The position numbers were made by a program, and so were the translations under genes. Source: Octopus bimaculoides (Eukaryota). Taken from it: a stretch of DNA of 64,000 nucleotides. Shown in pieces: positions 12,751 through 25,829 of this stretch (the stretch's first letter is position 1; every line of letters starts with the position of its first letter). The notes under the pieces are model-generated. The model worked only from the letters and a program-made list of their open reading frames with translations. It searched no databases and was not told where the DNA came from. The stretch spans positions 120,520,843 through 120,584,842 of the forward strand of contig NC_068981.1 of NCBI RefSeq assembly GCF_001194135.2, in the 5' to 3' direction.

Positions 12751-13081
12751 CAGAGGTTCTCAGCCATTTCTTATCTATGGACCCCCTTGATTCCTATTTT
12801 ATTCTGGAGGATCCCCATAGCCATTTGATGTTTAAAAACTGGTTTTATAGAAATTTCTTTCAAAATTCCTATTTTGTTTATGATTGGTTAACTTGTGTAG
12901 GTTGAACTATGTAAAATGTTAGAGAAAGAAACCTAGATGTTTCTTGCAATACATACCAATACATACATCTAAAGAGAAATTTTTTTCAGGGGCCCTTAAA
13001 ATACTATTGTGGATCCCCAATTTACTATTTTGTTTCGTGGAACCTCAAAAATCTCATAAGGACCCCAGTTAAGAACCTCTG
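12751..13081. mobile_element. hAT MITE
   Basis: TIR cagaggttctcagc / gttaagaacctctg; perfect 8-bp TSD ATCTATAT. Confidence 0.9.
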
Positions 13082-13530
13082 ATCTATATTGTCACTCAAG
13101 TTGCTAGAAATAGGAGCAGAATTTTCTTTAACTCATACCTAAATGCTTTTGAAAGCAATAGTATTAGGTACAAAATACCAGAATTTTTTAAAGAAATTAC
13201 AAGATACTCAATAGTTGTAATGCATTTGATCCATCATATCTATTCAACCAAGGCTAGACTCAGGATAAACAACAATATTGCAGTTCAATATTGTTTTACC
13301 TTTTTATCATATACTTGTTCCAGTCATTAGACTGCAGCCATGCTAAGGCACTGCCTGGAAGAATTTGAATGAATTAACCCCAGTATTTATATATATTGTT
13401 TTCAAAGCCTGATACTTATTTTATTGGTCTCTGTTGCCAAACTGCTAACTCACAGGAATGTAAACACACGAACACCAGTATTCAAGTGGTAGTGGGGGGA
13501 AAAACACAAGCACGCACACACACACATATA

Positions 13531-13928
13531 TAAGTCAGTAACATGGAAAAATAATAGGAACATAAAAAATAATAATAAGGCAGAATGCTAAACTGAAAGC
13601 ATATTTTAATATAGATGTGTATAAGGAGGACTAAAAATGATTTCTAACCGGCTTTCATTGTATGGCAAATTTTCAAGAAGAGGGAGAATGAAAATGTTTT
13701 TTACAAAAAAGTAAAAAATAATATATGAAAAAATAAATATACCAATACATTATATTGTCTTTGAGCTTTTAAAGTTCAATGGTAATCCATGTAGATAATT
13801 GTTAGGAAGATTAGGATGCATGGAATAAAGAGTTGTGTTTAAAAAAAGAGGGCTGAAAGTTTATGTGTTAAGCAGGAAGTGTGGTGTCAAAACAGGAAGT
13901 GTGTGTAAGGGAAGACAATTCTGTAAAC
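13531..13928 (+). repeat. Unclassified interspersed repeat (same family as the 59.3-60.3 kb arms)
   Basis: aataaggcagaatgctaaactgaaagc...caggaagtgtggtgtcaaaacaggaagt aligns by eye to 59375-59715 and, inverted, to 59925-60270. Confidence 0.85.
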
Positions 13929-14090
13929 CCAGAAGAGTTGCAGGAGATTCTGAAGTTGTCTGAAGGCCATGGTTGAAGTCAATGGTGATTTCATTGAATA
14001 AATTTAGTCTTTAGTATTTCAAGATATTTTTATGTAATTTTGGTAAATATATCTGTTAAAATGAGATGTCAGTGTTATTTTCATTGCACC

Positions 14091-14093
<3 letters not shown>
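13929..14093 (+). mobile_element. maT (DD37D) transposon 3'-end fragment
   Basis: Matches the reverse complement of about 40756-40950; ends ttgcaccctg|TA. Confidence 0.75.
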
Positions 14094-14132
<39 letters not shown>

Positions 14133-14318
14133 NNNNNNNNNNNNNNNNNNNNNNNNNNNNNNNNNNNNNNNNNNNNNNNNNNNNNNNNNNNNNNNNNNNN
14201 NNNNNNNNNNNNNNNNNNNNNNNNNNNNNNNNNNNNNNNNNNNNNNNNNNNNNNNNNNNNNNNNNNNNNNNNNNNNNNNNNNNNNNNNNNNNNNNNNNNN
14301 NNNNNNNNNNNNNNNNNN

Positions 14319-14351
<33 letters not shown>

Positions 14352-15257
14352 ATTATATCTTTTGAAGTCAGAAGTTTGGCTGATTGAGCAAAATTTCAAG
14401 AATTTGAATAAAACAGGTGACACAAACTAGTCTTGTATTTTTAACTTCTTTTCAAAAACTATCGATTTTCCATATATTGATGATGATTTTTTCTTAATGG
14501 CCTTTACGAGTTAGTGGCACTTAATTGAATAAAAAGTAAATTGTTTTAACACAGAATATGTCCTCATTTACTCTGCCTTAATATGTGAGTGCTTGTTTGT
14601 TTGTGTGTCCATACATACATATATACATATTTCCTCTTCCTTTTCCCATTGTCATTTTAATGTCCACTTTTTGATATTTACATGAGTAAGATGGACTTTA
14701 TTGAGGAAGATTTTCTACAGCTGGAGGCCCTTCCTGTCACCACTCCTTACATGTTTCTATAGAGGGTAATACTTCCCCATGGCCAGACATATTTTCACAG
14801 AACATTGGAAATAAATGACATTCATTTACAACACTCTAGCAATGTCAAGAGAAGGAGACACATGGACACACACACCATCATCATTGTTCTAACGTCTACT
14901 TTTCCATGCTCGCATAGGTTCGATGAAGATATTACAGATTTGTTGCATAGACAACTGTTGCTCTGCAATAATACTTTGCCTAGATCTGTGTCCTGGAGAG
15001 GAACTTTTGAGATGGAAATATTAGTCCAACCAGACTGACAAAGACGTTAGTAAATGTATTTACATATTGATATAGATATTTTATTTCAATATATTTCAAT
15101 ATAAAATATATATTTTGATATAAAAATGAAAGACATTGGCTGACTAACGAACTCACTCTATGAATCAGGGTGAAATACTCATGTGCTTAAAAAAGTGATG
15201 TCAACATCAAAGTATCACTAAGTCAAAGGTTTTGAACTGCAGAAAAAAAAAAAAATT

Positions 15258-15660
15258 ATGTGTGGCTGTGTGGTAAGAAGTTTGCTTCCTAACTGCATAG
15301 TTCTGGTTCCAGTCCCACTGCATGGCACCTAGGGCAAGTGTCTTCTTTTATAGCTTGGGGCTGACCAAAGTCTTGTGAGTAGATTTGGTAGACGGAAACT
15401 GAAAGAGACCCTGTCATATATATGTATATGTATATCTGTGTGTGCGTGTCTTTGTGGTGAGGGTTTGTACTACCCACCACCACTTGACAACCAATGTTGG
15501 TGTGTTTATGTCCCTGTAGCTAAGCGGTTTGACAAAAGAGACCAATAGAATAAGTATCAGGCTTTACAAAAAATGAGTATAGGGGTTGATAAGTTCAACT
15601 AAAATTCTTCAGGGCAGTGCCCCAACATGGCCACAGTCTAATGACAGAAAGGAGTAACAG
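15258..15660 (+). mobile_element. Family-A SINE
   Basis: Head, body and tail as in 921-1350. Confidence 0.85.
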
Positions 15661-16419
15661 AGAAAGAGAGAGAGAGGGAGGGAGAGTGAGAGAGGNNNNN
15701 NNNNNNNNNNNNNNNNNNNNNNNNNNNNNNNNNNNNNNNNNNNNNNNNNNNNNNNNNNNNNNNNNNNNNNNNNNNNNNNNNNNNNNNNNNNNNNNNNNNN
15801 NNNNNNNNNNNNNNNNNNNNNNNNNNNNNNNNNNNNNNNNNNNNNNNNNNNNNNNNNNNNNNNNNNNNNNNNNNNNNNNNNNNNNNNNNNNNNNNNNNNN
15901 NNNNNNNNNNNNNNNNNNNNNNNNNNNNNNNNNNNNNNNNNNNNNNNNNNNNNNNNNNNNNNNNNNNNNNNNNNNNNNNNNNNNNNNNNNNNNNNNNNNN
16001 NNNNNNNNNNNNNNNNNNNNNNNNNNNNNNNNNNNNNNNNNNNNNNNNNNNNNNNNNNNNNNNNNNNNNNNNNNNNNNNNNNNNNNNNNNNNNNNNNNNN
16101 NNNNNNNNNNNNNNNNNNNNNNNNNNNNNNNNNNNNNNNNNNNNNNNNNNNNNNNNNNNNNNNNNNNNNNNNNNNNNNNNNNNNNNNNNNNNNNNNNNNN
16201 NNNNNNNNNNNNNNNNNNNNNNNNNNNNNNNNNNNNNNNNNNNNNNNNNNNNNNNNNNNNNNNNNNNNNNNNNNNNNNNNNNNNNNNNNNNNNNNNNNNN
16301 NNNNNNNNNNNNNNNNNNNNNNNNNNNNNNNNNNNNNNNNNNNNNNNNNNNNNNNNNNNNNNNNNNNNNNNNNNNNNNNNNNNNNNNNNNNNNNNNNNNN
16401 NNNNNNNNNNNNNNNNNNG

Positions 16420-16655
16420 GCACATAAAAGACACCATTTCGAGCGTGGCCGTTTTCGTGCGGGTGACACGTAAAAGCACCCACTACACTCTCTGAGTGGT
16501 TGGCGTTAGGAAGGGCATCCAGCTGTAGAAACTCTGCCAAATCAGACTGGAGCCTGGTGTTGCCATCCGGTTTCACCAGTCCTCAGTCAAATCGTCCAAC
16601 CCATGCTAGCATGGAAAGCGGACGTTAAACGATGATGATGATGATGATGATGATG
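16420..16655 (+). mobile_element. Young RTE 3' tail adjoining a gap
   Basis: Near-identical to 7414-7592, 37198-37540 and 49325-49575; CCATGCTAGCATGG palindrome then (GAT)n. Confidence 0.85.
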
Positions 16656-17344
16656 TGTATGTTTATCCTTGTCTTGACATCATGTAATGGTTGTAACTGA
16701 GCATCACCATGATACAAGTGATGCACTTTGTTTGCAGACTTCCATGGGAAAATATGGGGAAATATTGTCTTGCTTGGAAACAGGTGGGGTTGGTGCTGGG
16801 AAGGGTGTCTGGCCATAGAAAATCTACTTTAACAAATTCCATCTAACTTGTGCAAGCAAGGACAAATGGACATTAAACAATCACAAATACAAATACACAC
16901 ACAAAGATACATACACATATGCACACACAAAGATACATACACATATGCACACACAAAAGCTAAGGACAATCTTTATGGTTCAAGAGGTCACCATAATGAA
17001 TGGAGTGGAATTACTCATGAAAAAGTAATGAAGAACTATTTGGTTTGGCCAGAGTGGATAGGGGCTATGAGAGGAGATAAGGAGTATAATTATATAAGGG
17101 ATGATTACACAATGGCCAACCCATTCTAAATTATCTATACTTAAAATCAAATTCCATTTAACCTTTAATACTGACCTCTTCAGTCTTTAATATGTCTAAT
17201 GTCTCTCTATATGAAACGATTATATTTTCACTGCAATTTGAAAAACCTTACTTCTCAACACTTCAAAGTTATTGTCTATTATTTAATGTAACACCATACA
17301 CCTTCGTCTGTGAATATACATACATATATATATATACATATATT

Positions 17345-17447
17345 TAGATTGGAGCCTGGTGTAGCCATCCGGTTTCACCAGTCCTCAGTCAAATCGTCCA
17401 ACCCATGCTAGCATGGAAAGCAGACGTTAAACGATGATGATGATGAT
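17345..17447 (+). mobile_element. Short young RTE 3' tail (heavily 5'-truncated)
   Basis: gattggagcctggtgtagcc...catgctagcatggaaagcagacgttaaacgatgatg. Confidence 0.85.
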
Positions 17448-17454
17448 ATATATA

Positions 17455-17528
<74 letters not shown>

Positions 17529-18619
17529 CATATATATATATATAGTGAAAGAGAGAGAGAGGGAGTGAGAGAGAACTGAACATATACACATATGAATGTG
17601 AGTGCATCAGTACATGAGTGTATATCTATTTATGTAAATATTTATGTATGCATGCATGTACATACACACACACACACATTTGCACAAACCAAAAATATGC
17701 ACAATTATGAAGAAATTTAATTATGAAAATAGTTGTGTGCATGTGTGTATGTATGTATGCATATATATTTATACAGTTAACTATTTATATATTTGTGTAT
17801 GTGTGTGCGTGTGTGTATTGTGCATGAGCACACATAGAGTGAACCATTTATAGTTTGTTGCAATTCCATGAAAAAGAATGACTTTATTGTAAGACTACAC
17901 AATATTGACTAAACATAATTTGGTCTTCTTCTGCTATGCAGCCACAGTTCTAAGTCAGTGGCACTGACTTAATGGTCCTGCAGCCTGTCTGACTATAATG
18001 AACCTAGCCATTCTCTTCATACGCTTAAAGAAATCAATACCTATTTCAGAAGCGACAGTAATGAACAAGATAAAACAACAGCACAGCCTTTATCAAATGT
18101 TTCCCTTGAGTTAATTTTTCAATCTGGCAGATGAGGTAAGGTGGTGGTGGTGTGTGTGTGTGGCTAAGATGATGAAGAGAAAGTGTAGGAGGGCTGATGT
18201 AGAAGATATATCTACTACTACTACTTCTACTACTACTTTTTTTCTGCTATATTAGCCACATAAATGAGAGTGTTTACTTAGTCTTTGCACATAATAACTT
18301 AGAGCAGTGTCTTTATACAAATAATATTTTATAAAACTTGGTTTCCTCTAAACATCCACATCCAATATTCCACTCACTGAACATTAGCTCACAAGGTTTT
18401 GGTTGGCCCAAGGATATAATAGAAGACACTAACTCAAGGTGCTATGCAGTGGGACTGAACCTAGAACCATGTGATTGGGAAGCAAACTTCTTACCACATA
18501 GAAATACCTACACCTGCATTGCTTGAATATAAAATTAGCTTCCTATACATACATATACACATACATACATATCCTAACCACTAAGACATGAGCCTTCACA
18601 AACATGCATGAATATATAT

Positions 18620-18668
<49 letters not shown>

Positions 18669-18714
18669 GCATATATATATATGTTCATATATAAACATAC
18701 ATACATGTGTGTGT

Positions 18715-18905
18715 CTTGTAACTACAAGTGGATTGTTGGCAATTTTTTCCCTCTGTCTTCCTTTTCTTGGTCTCCTGTTTCTAAAGAAGAGCTTTGTTCG
18801 AAATGTAAAACACCTTTTCTTTCCCTCCCTGAGCGTTTTTTAATACTTTGCATGTACCATGTCCTCGCGTTGTTGTTTTTTTCTTTGTTGTTTTTTTTTG
18901 GGATT
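18715..18905 (+). mobile_element. Putative Penelope-like pseudo-LTR remnant
   Basis: Pyrimidine-rich tail sequence surrounding a hammerhead-like motif; related to 35790-35995. The class assignment is inference. Confidence 0.45.
18777..18811 (+). ncRNA. Degenerate minimal type-I hammerhead ribozyme motif (probably inactive)
   Basis: GUUU-CUaAAGA-A-GAGC(UUU)GUUC-GAAA-UGUA-AAAC: stem I GUUU/AAAC, 4-bp stem II, G5A core change. Confidence 0.5.
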
Positions 18906-19534
18906 AACTATGTATGTATATATCATCATCATCATCATCATCATCATTATTTAACATTCGCTTTTCACGGTTTGACAGGATCTGGCCAGGCAGAAGATGG
19001 CATGGTTTTTACAGCTGGATGCTCTTTACAGTGTGGACTTTTTACGTGGCACCAGCACTGGCAGGGTCATCAAGTAACTTGCAAGATAAAGATCCTTTGA
19101 GAGGGGAGGGGATATTGGAGGAGGTGATCTATTGCTAGATGATGAAAGATTAGAATGTGACAGAGAGACAGAAACAGGTTACCTGGAGAGAGAGAGAAAG
19201 GTATGCTAACCTATGCCAGCATGGACAACGAATGTTAAATGATGATGATGATGATGATAGCATACCTTTAGTTTTAAAACTCAAACTTTAGCAGGTTGGG
19301 TTATGGCTTCTATTTATTAGAGACGTTACAAACAACCCTAAGGATATAACTGAAATAAACTAAGAAGTATTATAAAAAGGAATCAGAAAATCTTTGTTTA
19401 CCAGTTCATAAATGTAAGTACATTAGGATTAAATCTAAAAGATTAAACACCTTAAGTAACATAACAAATGACCATTTTAAAAGAAATAAACTCAAATAGA
19501 TACATAACCCTTTGCTTTTGAGATTAAAGCATTC

Positions 19535-19853
19535 TTCTTTTGTCTTTTACTTGCTTCAGTCATTACACTGTGGCCACACTGGGGCACTACCTTGAATGAG
19601 TCAACCCCAGTACATATTTGTTTAAACCTGGTACTTATACTATTGGTCTCTTTTGCTGAACTAAGTTACAATGACATAAACACGCCAACACTGATTATCA
19701 AGCATCAGTGTGGGACAAACACTAACACACACACGACAGGCTTCTTTCAGTTTTTCATCTACGATGCTTATCCAAACTGCCATGCAATGGGACTGAACCC
19801 AGAACCATGAGATTAGGAAGCAAACTTCTTGCCCCATAGCCACACCTGTGCCT
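19535..19853 (-). mobile_element. Family-A SINE with internal deletion
   Basis: Tail cttttacttgcttcagtc to head gccacacctgtgcct. Confidence 0.8.
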
Positions 19854-20544
19854 GCATTGTGTGAATATAAAATTAAAGTAAATGTAGAATGAAAGATTAT
19901 GTTAAATGAAATAAAAATTATATTTTATAGGAATGAAATGTCTGTCCTTACAAAATTTATTAAAGAAATGTTATATTTATAGAATAGGGGACCAACTTGC
20001 CTGAGATTGCAATTGATTCTCTGAAACAAACTTCCTGTTTAAAAGAGGCAAAGTTGACCTTGGCAGAATTTGAACTCAGAATGTAAGGACAGATGAAATG
20101 CCACTAAGCATTTTGTCTGGCATGCTAATAATTCTGCCAGCTCACTGCCTTATTTTAATGTAGTATATAACAATTTATGAAGGTATATAGGCTAGTGGTT
20201 AGAGAATGGTATTCAGAATCTCAGAATTGTGATTTCAATTCCCAGACTGGCTGTGCAGTGTGTTCTTGAGCAAAACACTTCATTTTATCTTGCTCCAGCT
20301 GACTCAGCTATAAATCGATAACCTTGTAAAGAAGTGTATCATGATCAGTGGTGTATAACAATATCTGACAGTCTGGTGAATACGGTGATATTACAGTTTA
20401 CATTTTGTAAGATTTGGAGTTGGCACATTTTTATCAACTCTGATCCCATAATCCAACAGTTGTTTTCAATCTTGACTCTACAGCCCTGATCTATAAGATC
20501 AACTATGTTCAAATCACAAACTCTTCTAACTCTAGTTTGTCTCA

Positions 20545-21230
20545 TCATCATCATCTTTTAATGTCTGTTTTCCATGCTAGCATGGGTTGGACATTTCAAC
20601 AGGAGCTGGCTCTCTTTGTCTGTTTTGGTATGGTTTCTATGGCTGGATGCCTTTCTGAATGCCAACCACTTTGTAAGTAGAACTAGCAGGGTTGCCAAGC
20701 TGAGAGAGGGATTGGAACTGAGGGAAGTGGTTGTGAGCCAGGTTGAGAGGTTTGGGTATAATAGAGGGGCAGAAATTGTTGTCATACTATAGAGGAGATA
20801 CTTGGCTACCCCAGTAGGACAAGAAAGGAGAGGAAGGGGAGAGAGAGTTAGGGAGGCAGTTAGATTGAAAGAGTGAGAGAAATAGGTGTTGGAGATGTAT
20901 TGGAGCCTATCAATAGGGAACAGTGGGGGGGTGTGAGTAAAAGAGGTACAGAGGGGGATAAAGATGGATGTTCAAGAAGAGTGTGGAGGGAGATGTTGAG
21001 AGATGGGAAAGACATGGTTGTAGTGAGTGATGGTGAGAGAAAATGGAGTGGCTGGGAGGTGGTTATGGTAGATCTGTTAGAACAGGGAGAGAGTGCTGAT
21101 AGACACATGAGGGAAAGTGGAGGGGGCCTGTAGTAGGTGGTGATTATAGGTCGTGGGATGGGGTATGTTGGGAAGGTGGGTCATAGTAGTGTTTTAATAG
21201 AGGAAAGATTATGTGTGTGTGTGTGTGTGT
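20545..21230 (-). mobile_element. RTE-tail-bearing retroposon with a purine-rich (plus strand) body
   Basis: catcatcatc...tttccatgctagcatgggttgga tail followed by about 500 bp of G/A-rich sequence; no clear protein. Confidence 0.45.
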
Positions 21231-21254
21231 GGGGGGGGCTATGGTCGTAAATGA

Positions 21255-22252
21255 TATGCTTGTATGCATGGATGGCCACAATTTTACATAGCTCAACATG
21301 TCTCCTCAAGTACAATAAATCACTAGAAAACTTGGTCCCTTGTCACCTCTGTGGGGTTCAGCATCTGAAGATCATTTCTCACCATTATGTCCTACATCTT
21401 CCTAGGTTTACCCCTTCCACAGCTTCTCTCCACAATTAAAGATTGACCTCATCCATATGCATTACATGACCACACCACCGCTGTCTTCTTTCTTGCACAC
21501 TGCATATACCCAATTTTTCTCCTAAATCATTTACACTTAGAACATACATACACAGTGACATTATCCATCTAGTGGAACATGCTGGCTTCATTTCTTGTAA
21601 GTCTTTGCATGTCTTCTATAGTCACAGCCCATGTGTTACTGCCATGTAGCATAGCTGTTCATACAGAGGCATCATACTATCTACCATTCACTCTTAGGGA
21701 GAAGGCCTTTGATACCAACAAAGAAGTAGCTCTCTGAACTTTGCCCAACTTGTTCTTGTTCTAGCAACTACACTTTCAGAGCATCTGCCTCCATTGCTAT
21801 CTTGGTCAGCTAAGTGGTGGTAACTATCTACTACTTATAAGGATCCTCCCAGACATCAGAGGAAATCTATTTTCTGTACATTCTTAGTGTTTATTGTACC
21901 TGCACATCTGCCACACACAAGACTACTTTTTCAGTTAACCTTCCTGTGATATTGCTGCACCTCTTATATGTCCATAGCATGCACTGGATATACCATACAG
22001 AATTTCTACTTACACAGTTTTCGCATATTGAGTGGGGCTATCTCCTTGAAGGGATTAGTAATTTGTCTGTTTTCTTACTTACTAGGATTTGGCCTTCACT
22101 AAATTAACTCTAAGGCACTCTGATGCTAGATCTTGCTTCCACATCTGAAATTTCTTCTCTAGTTTTGGTAGTGATTCAGCAACAACAACATGAGAACAAG
22201 GTCATCAGTGTAGAGGAAGTCTCAAGAAACAGATAGTCTTAAATCCCTCTGT
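21255..22252 (-). mobile_element. RTE-clade LINE, decayed 5'-truncated copy
   Basis: Minus strand LYTDDL (22201-22212)...ESLPKLEKKFQMWKQDL..LRVNL; colinear with about 5330-6234. Confidence 0.85.
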
Positions 22253-22533
22253 CTGACAAACAAAAAACAGGTTTCTCTCTCTGCATTAGTGGTTAGTACA
22301 AGGAATTTAACAGAAGCTCCAAAACAATCCAGCTGAACTATGAAAGCATGGAAAATGCTTTGTAAAACAATAAAAGGAAACAGGTCAGCTTCATGAAGTA
22401 GTAATCAGGTGACCAGCCAGTTCATATTCACCTTGTTTCTCGCTTTTCCAGCCTTAAATACTGTTTTTAATGATGTTTCTGTATTTAGGTAGGTACAACA
22501 ATATACATGTGATTGTATGAGTCAGTCTTTATG

Positions 22534-22540
<7 letters not shown>

Positions 22541-22630
<90 letters not shown>
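22541..22630. repeat. Long perfect (TG)n microsatellite
   Basis: About 45 units visible. Confidence 0.95.
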
Positions 22631-22631
<1 letters not shown>

Positions 22632-23194
22632 TGTGTGCGTGCATGTGTGTGTTTGTGTGAGTTTGTGCATGAAGTGTTTAATCTTCTTTATTCCTTGATA
22701 ATTCTCCAAGTAATTATCTCCGTTTGTCAAATCATGATTGGCATGTAAGTACATAGTAATGACCTCTGATCCTGGTTGAAAAATAGCTTTCCATTTAAAC
22801 CTCCAGTGCACAACTTTTCATCGCTGCTGACTGCTGCCATCATTGTCATGATCATGACCATGATGAAGATCATCATCACTGTTGCTATCATCATCATCAT
22901 CATCATTAAATTAATGAAATTGCTATTGTCTCACTAACAGCCCATCACTATAAGTTCTCCAGCATTGTTTTTATCAAAATTCACCACCAATATCCACAAA
23001 TTTGCTTCCTTTTCCATCCCACATTACATAAATTAATTAAACAAATCAATATCCAAGCTACTGAAAGGCAGCATGTAATTAGTTGCTGAACTTGTTAGAC
23101 ATAGCAGCCAAATGTCTGTAAATCACATTCTTAAATCAATACAGATCCATTTGACAAAATAATCTTATACATATATAGTTGAGAAATTTGTGAT

Positions 23195-23885
23195 TTTGTG
23201 ATCATGTGTCTGCTGTAGTCTTGTCATGGGCAGGAAGTCGGAACAAAGAGCCAACATGAAATTTTGCATTAAACTTGGGAAGTCTGCTACAGAGACATTG
23301 AGCATGGTTTGGCAAGGTTATGGTGATGAGGCAATGGGTTGTACACAATGTTTTGAGTGGCATAGGCACTTCAAAAGTAGAAGAACATCTCTGGAAGGCG
23401 AAGAGCAATCTGGAAGACCTGCCATGAGTGTCAGCTCCAGAAATTGTGGAGAAAATCCATCAACTTGTGCATGAGGATCATTGAAGGACAATCTATGACA
23501 TTTTGAAGCGTTTGAGGGAGGACGCTTGGTGAAAGTGACTGGATCTGTTGGGTGCAAAGGATTGGATTCTTTATGACAACAATGCACCCTATCACCAAGC
23601 ACTCATCACTTGTGAGTTTCTCACCAAAAACAACATGGTATTGCTTCCACACTCACTCTATTTACCAGATGTAGCACCTGTGGACTTTTATCTCTTCCCC
23701 AAGATGAAAATGCAGCTGGAAGGTTGCTAGTGAATTGCAGAAAGTCCTTGACTCACTTATGGAAAATGACTTCCAGACCAGATTCCAAAAGTGGCAGGAA
23801 CACTGGAACCAGTATATTGTTGTGCAAGGTAACTATTTCAAAGAAGATGATGTTAAAAATTAGGTGAACCTTTTGATACTACCTG
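23195..23885 (+). pseudogene. Internally deleted mariner (DD34D-type) transposase fossil
   Basis: N-terminus EQRANMKFCIKLGKSATET...FEWHRHFK...SGRP fused to C-terminus WILYDNNAPYH...LPDVAPVDFYLFPKMK; TIR-like end ttttgatactacctg|TA. The TGDET region is missing. Confidence 0.85.
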
Positions 23886-23923
<38 letters not shown>

Positions 23924-24153
23924 TGTGTGTGTGTCTTTATGTCTGTGTTTGTCCCTCAGCATTGCTTGACGAGTGTTGGTGTGTTTACATCCCTGTAACT
24001 TAGTGGTTCAACAAAAGATCAATAGAATAAGTACAAGGTCTAAAAAATAAATATAAGTACTGGGTTTGATTCATTCAACTAAAAATTCTTCAAGATGGTG
24101 CCCCAGCATGATCACAGTCTAATGACCAAAACAAGTAAAAGCTATCTGTCCCT

Positions 24154-24251
<98 letters not shown>

Positions 24252-25050
24252 NNNNNNNNNNNNNNNNNNNNNNNNNNNNNNNNNNNNNNNNNNNNNNNNN
24301 NNNNNNNNNNNNNNNNNNNNNNNNNNNNNNNNNNNNNNNNNNNNNNNNNNNNNNNNNNNNNNNNNNNNNNNNNNNNNNNNNNNNNNNNNNNNNNNNNNNN
24401 NNNNNNNNNNNNNNNNNNNNNNNNNNNNNNNNNNNNNNNNNNNNNNNNNNNNNNNNNNNNNNNNNNNNNNNNNNNNNNNNNNNNNNNNNNNNNNNNNNNN
24501 NNNNNNNNNNNNNNNNNNNNNNNNNNNNNNNNNNNNNNNNNNNNNNNNNNNNNNNNNNNNNNNNNNNNNNNNNNNNNNNNNNNNNNNNNNNNNNNNNNNN
24601 NNNNNNNNNNNNNNNNNNNNNNNNNNNNNNNNNNNNNNNNNNNNNNNNNNNNNNNNNNNNNNNNNNNNNNNNNNNNNNNNNNNNNNNNNNNNNNNNNNNN
24701 NNNNNNNNNNNNNNNNNNNNNNNNNNNNNNNNNNNNNNNNNNNNNNNNNNNNNNNNNNNNNNNNNNNNNNNNNNNNNNNNNNNNNNNNNNNNNNNNNNNN
24801 NNNNNNNNNNNNNNNNNNNNNNNNNNNNNNNNNNNNNNNNNNNNNNNNNNNNNNNNNNNNNNNNNNNNNNNNNNNNNNNNNNNNNNNNNNNNNNNNNNNN
24901 NNNNNNNNNNNNNNNNNNNNNNNNNNNNNNNNNNNNNNNNNNNNNNNNNNNNNNNNNNNNNNNNNNNNNNNNNNNNNNNNNNNNNNNNNNNNNNNNNNNN
25001 NNNNNNNNNNNNNNNNNNNNNNNNNNNNNNNNNNNNNNNNNNNNNNNNNA

Positions 25051-25514
25051 AGAATCAAGGCCCTGGCATCGACGCCAAAACACAACTAGTGATAAGCTCT
25101 GCCACACTCAGCCTTTCCTCACTTTCACATACAGAACTTTTCCTATAGTGTACTAACGATCTGGTATAATTGCTCACGTGTTATTGACTCTCTTTCTATC
25201 TGCTGTAAACACTCATACACACATGTATCACTCACATACACACTTTTCTTTGTATGACGGCCTGTCTTTGATTATGTTCTTATATGTCGCATTCACACTC
25301 TCACACAGACATACATCTTTAACACTACAATAAATATATCTGTTATTCATCTAATACGGTTGTGGTCTTTCATTACTGGTCATCTATGTTATCGTCACAT
25401 AACATATTCTATATATCATCATTGATATATCTATTGTATGTTCGACCGTGTGACACGTTTAAATAAAAGGAGTCCTCTGTTTTTCCATTCGTCACCATTT
25501 CTCCTCTTATGAGT
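25051..25514 (+). mobile_element. Possible LTR 3' portion (solo LTR)
   Basis: Non-repetitive CpG-retaining segment with AATAAA near 25462, ending ...gtcccttaCA before (TA)n; 5' end lost in the gap. Confidence 0.35.
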
Positions 25515-25710
25515 TCGCACGGTCGTCCCTTACATATATATATATTGTGCAGGTGTGGCTGTGTGGTACGAAGCTTGCTTCTCAACTACATGGTTCCAGG
25601 TTCAGTCTCACTGTGTGGAACCTAGGGTAAGTGTCTTTTACCATAGCCTTGGGCCAACCAAAGCCTTGTGAGTGGATCTGGCAGATGGAAATGGAAAGAA
25701 GCTCGTACAC

Positions 25711-25761
<51 letters not shown>

Positions 25762-25829
25762 TATGTATAAAAACAATATATAAGTATATGCATATATATG
25801 TACATGTATGTACATACCTTCATCTACAT

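Noticed and set aside
17982-18136. Open frame LSDYNEPSHSL...FQSGR followed by gtaagg
   Set aside because: Stop codon precedes the donor; no recognisable homology.
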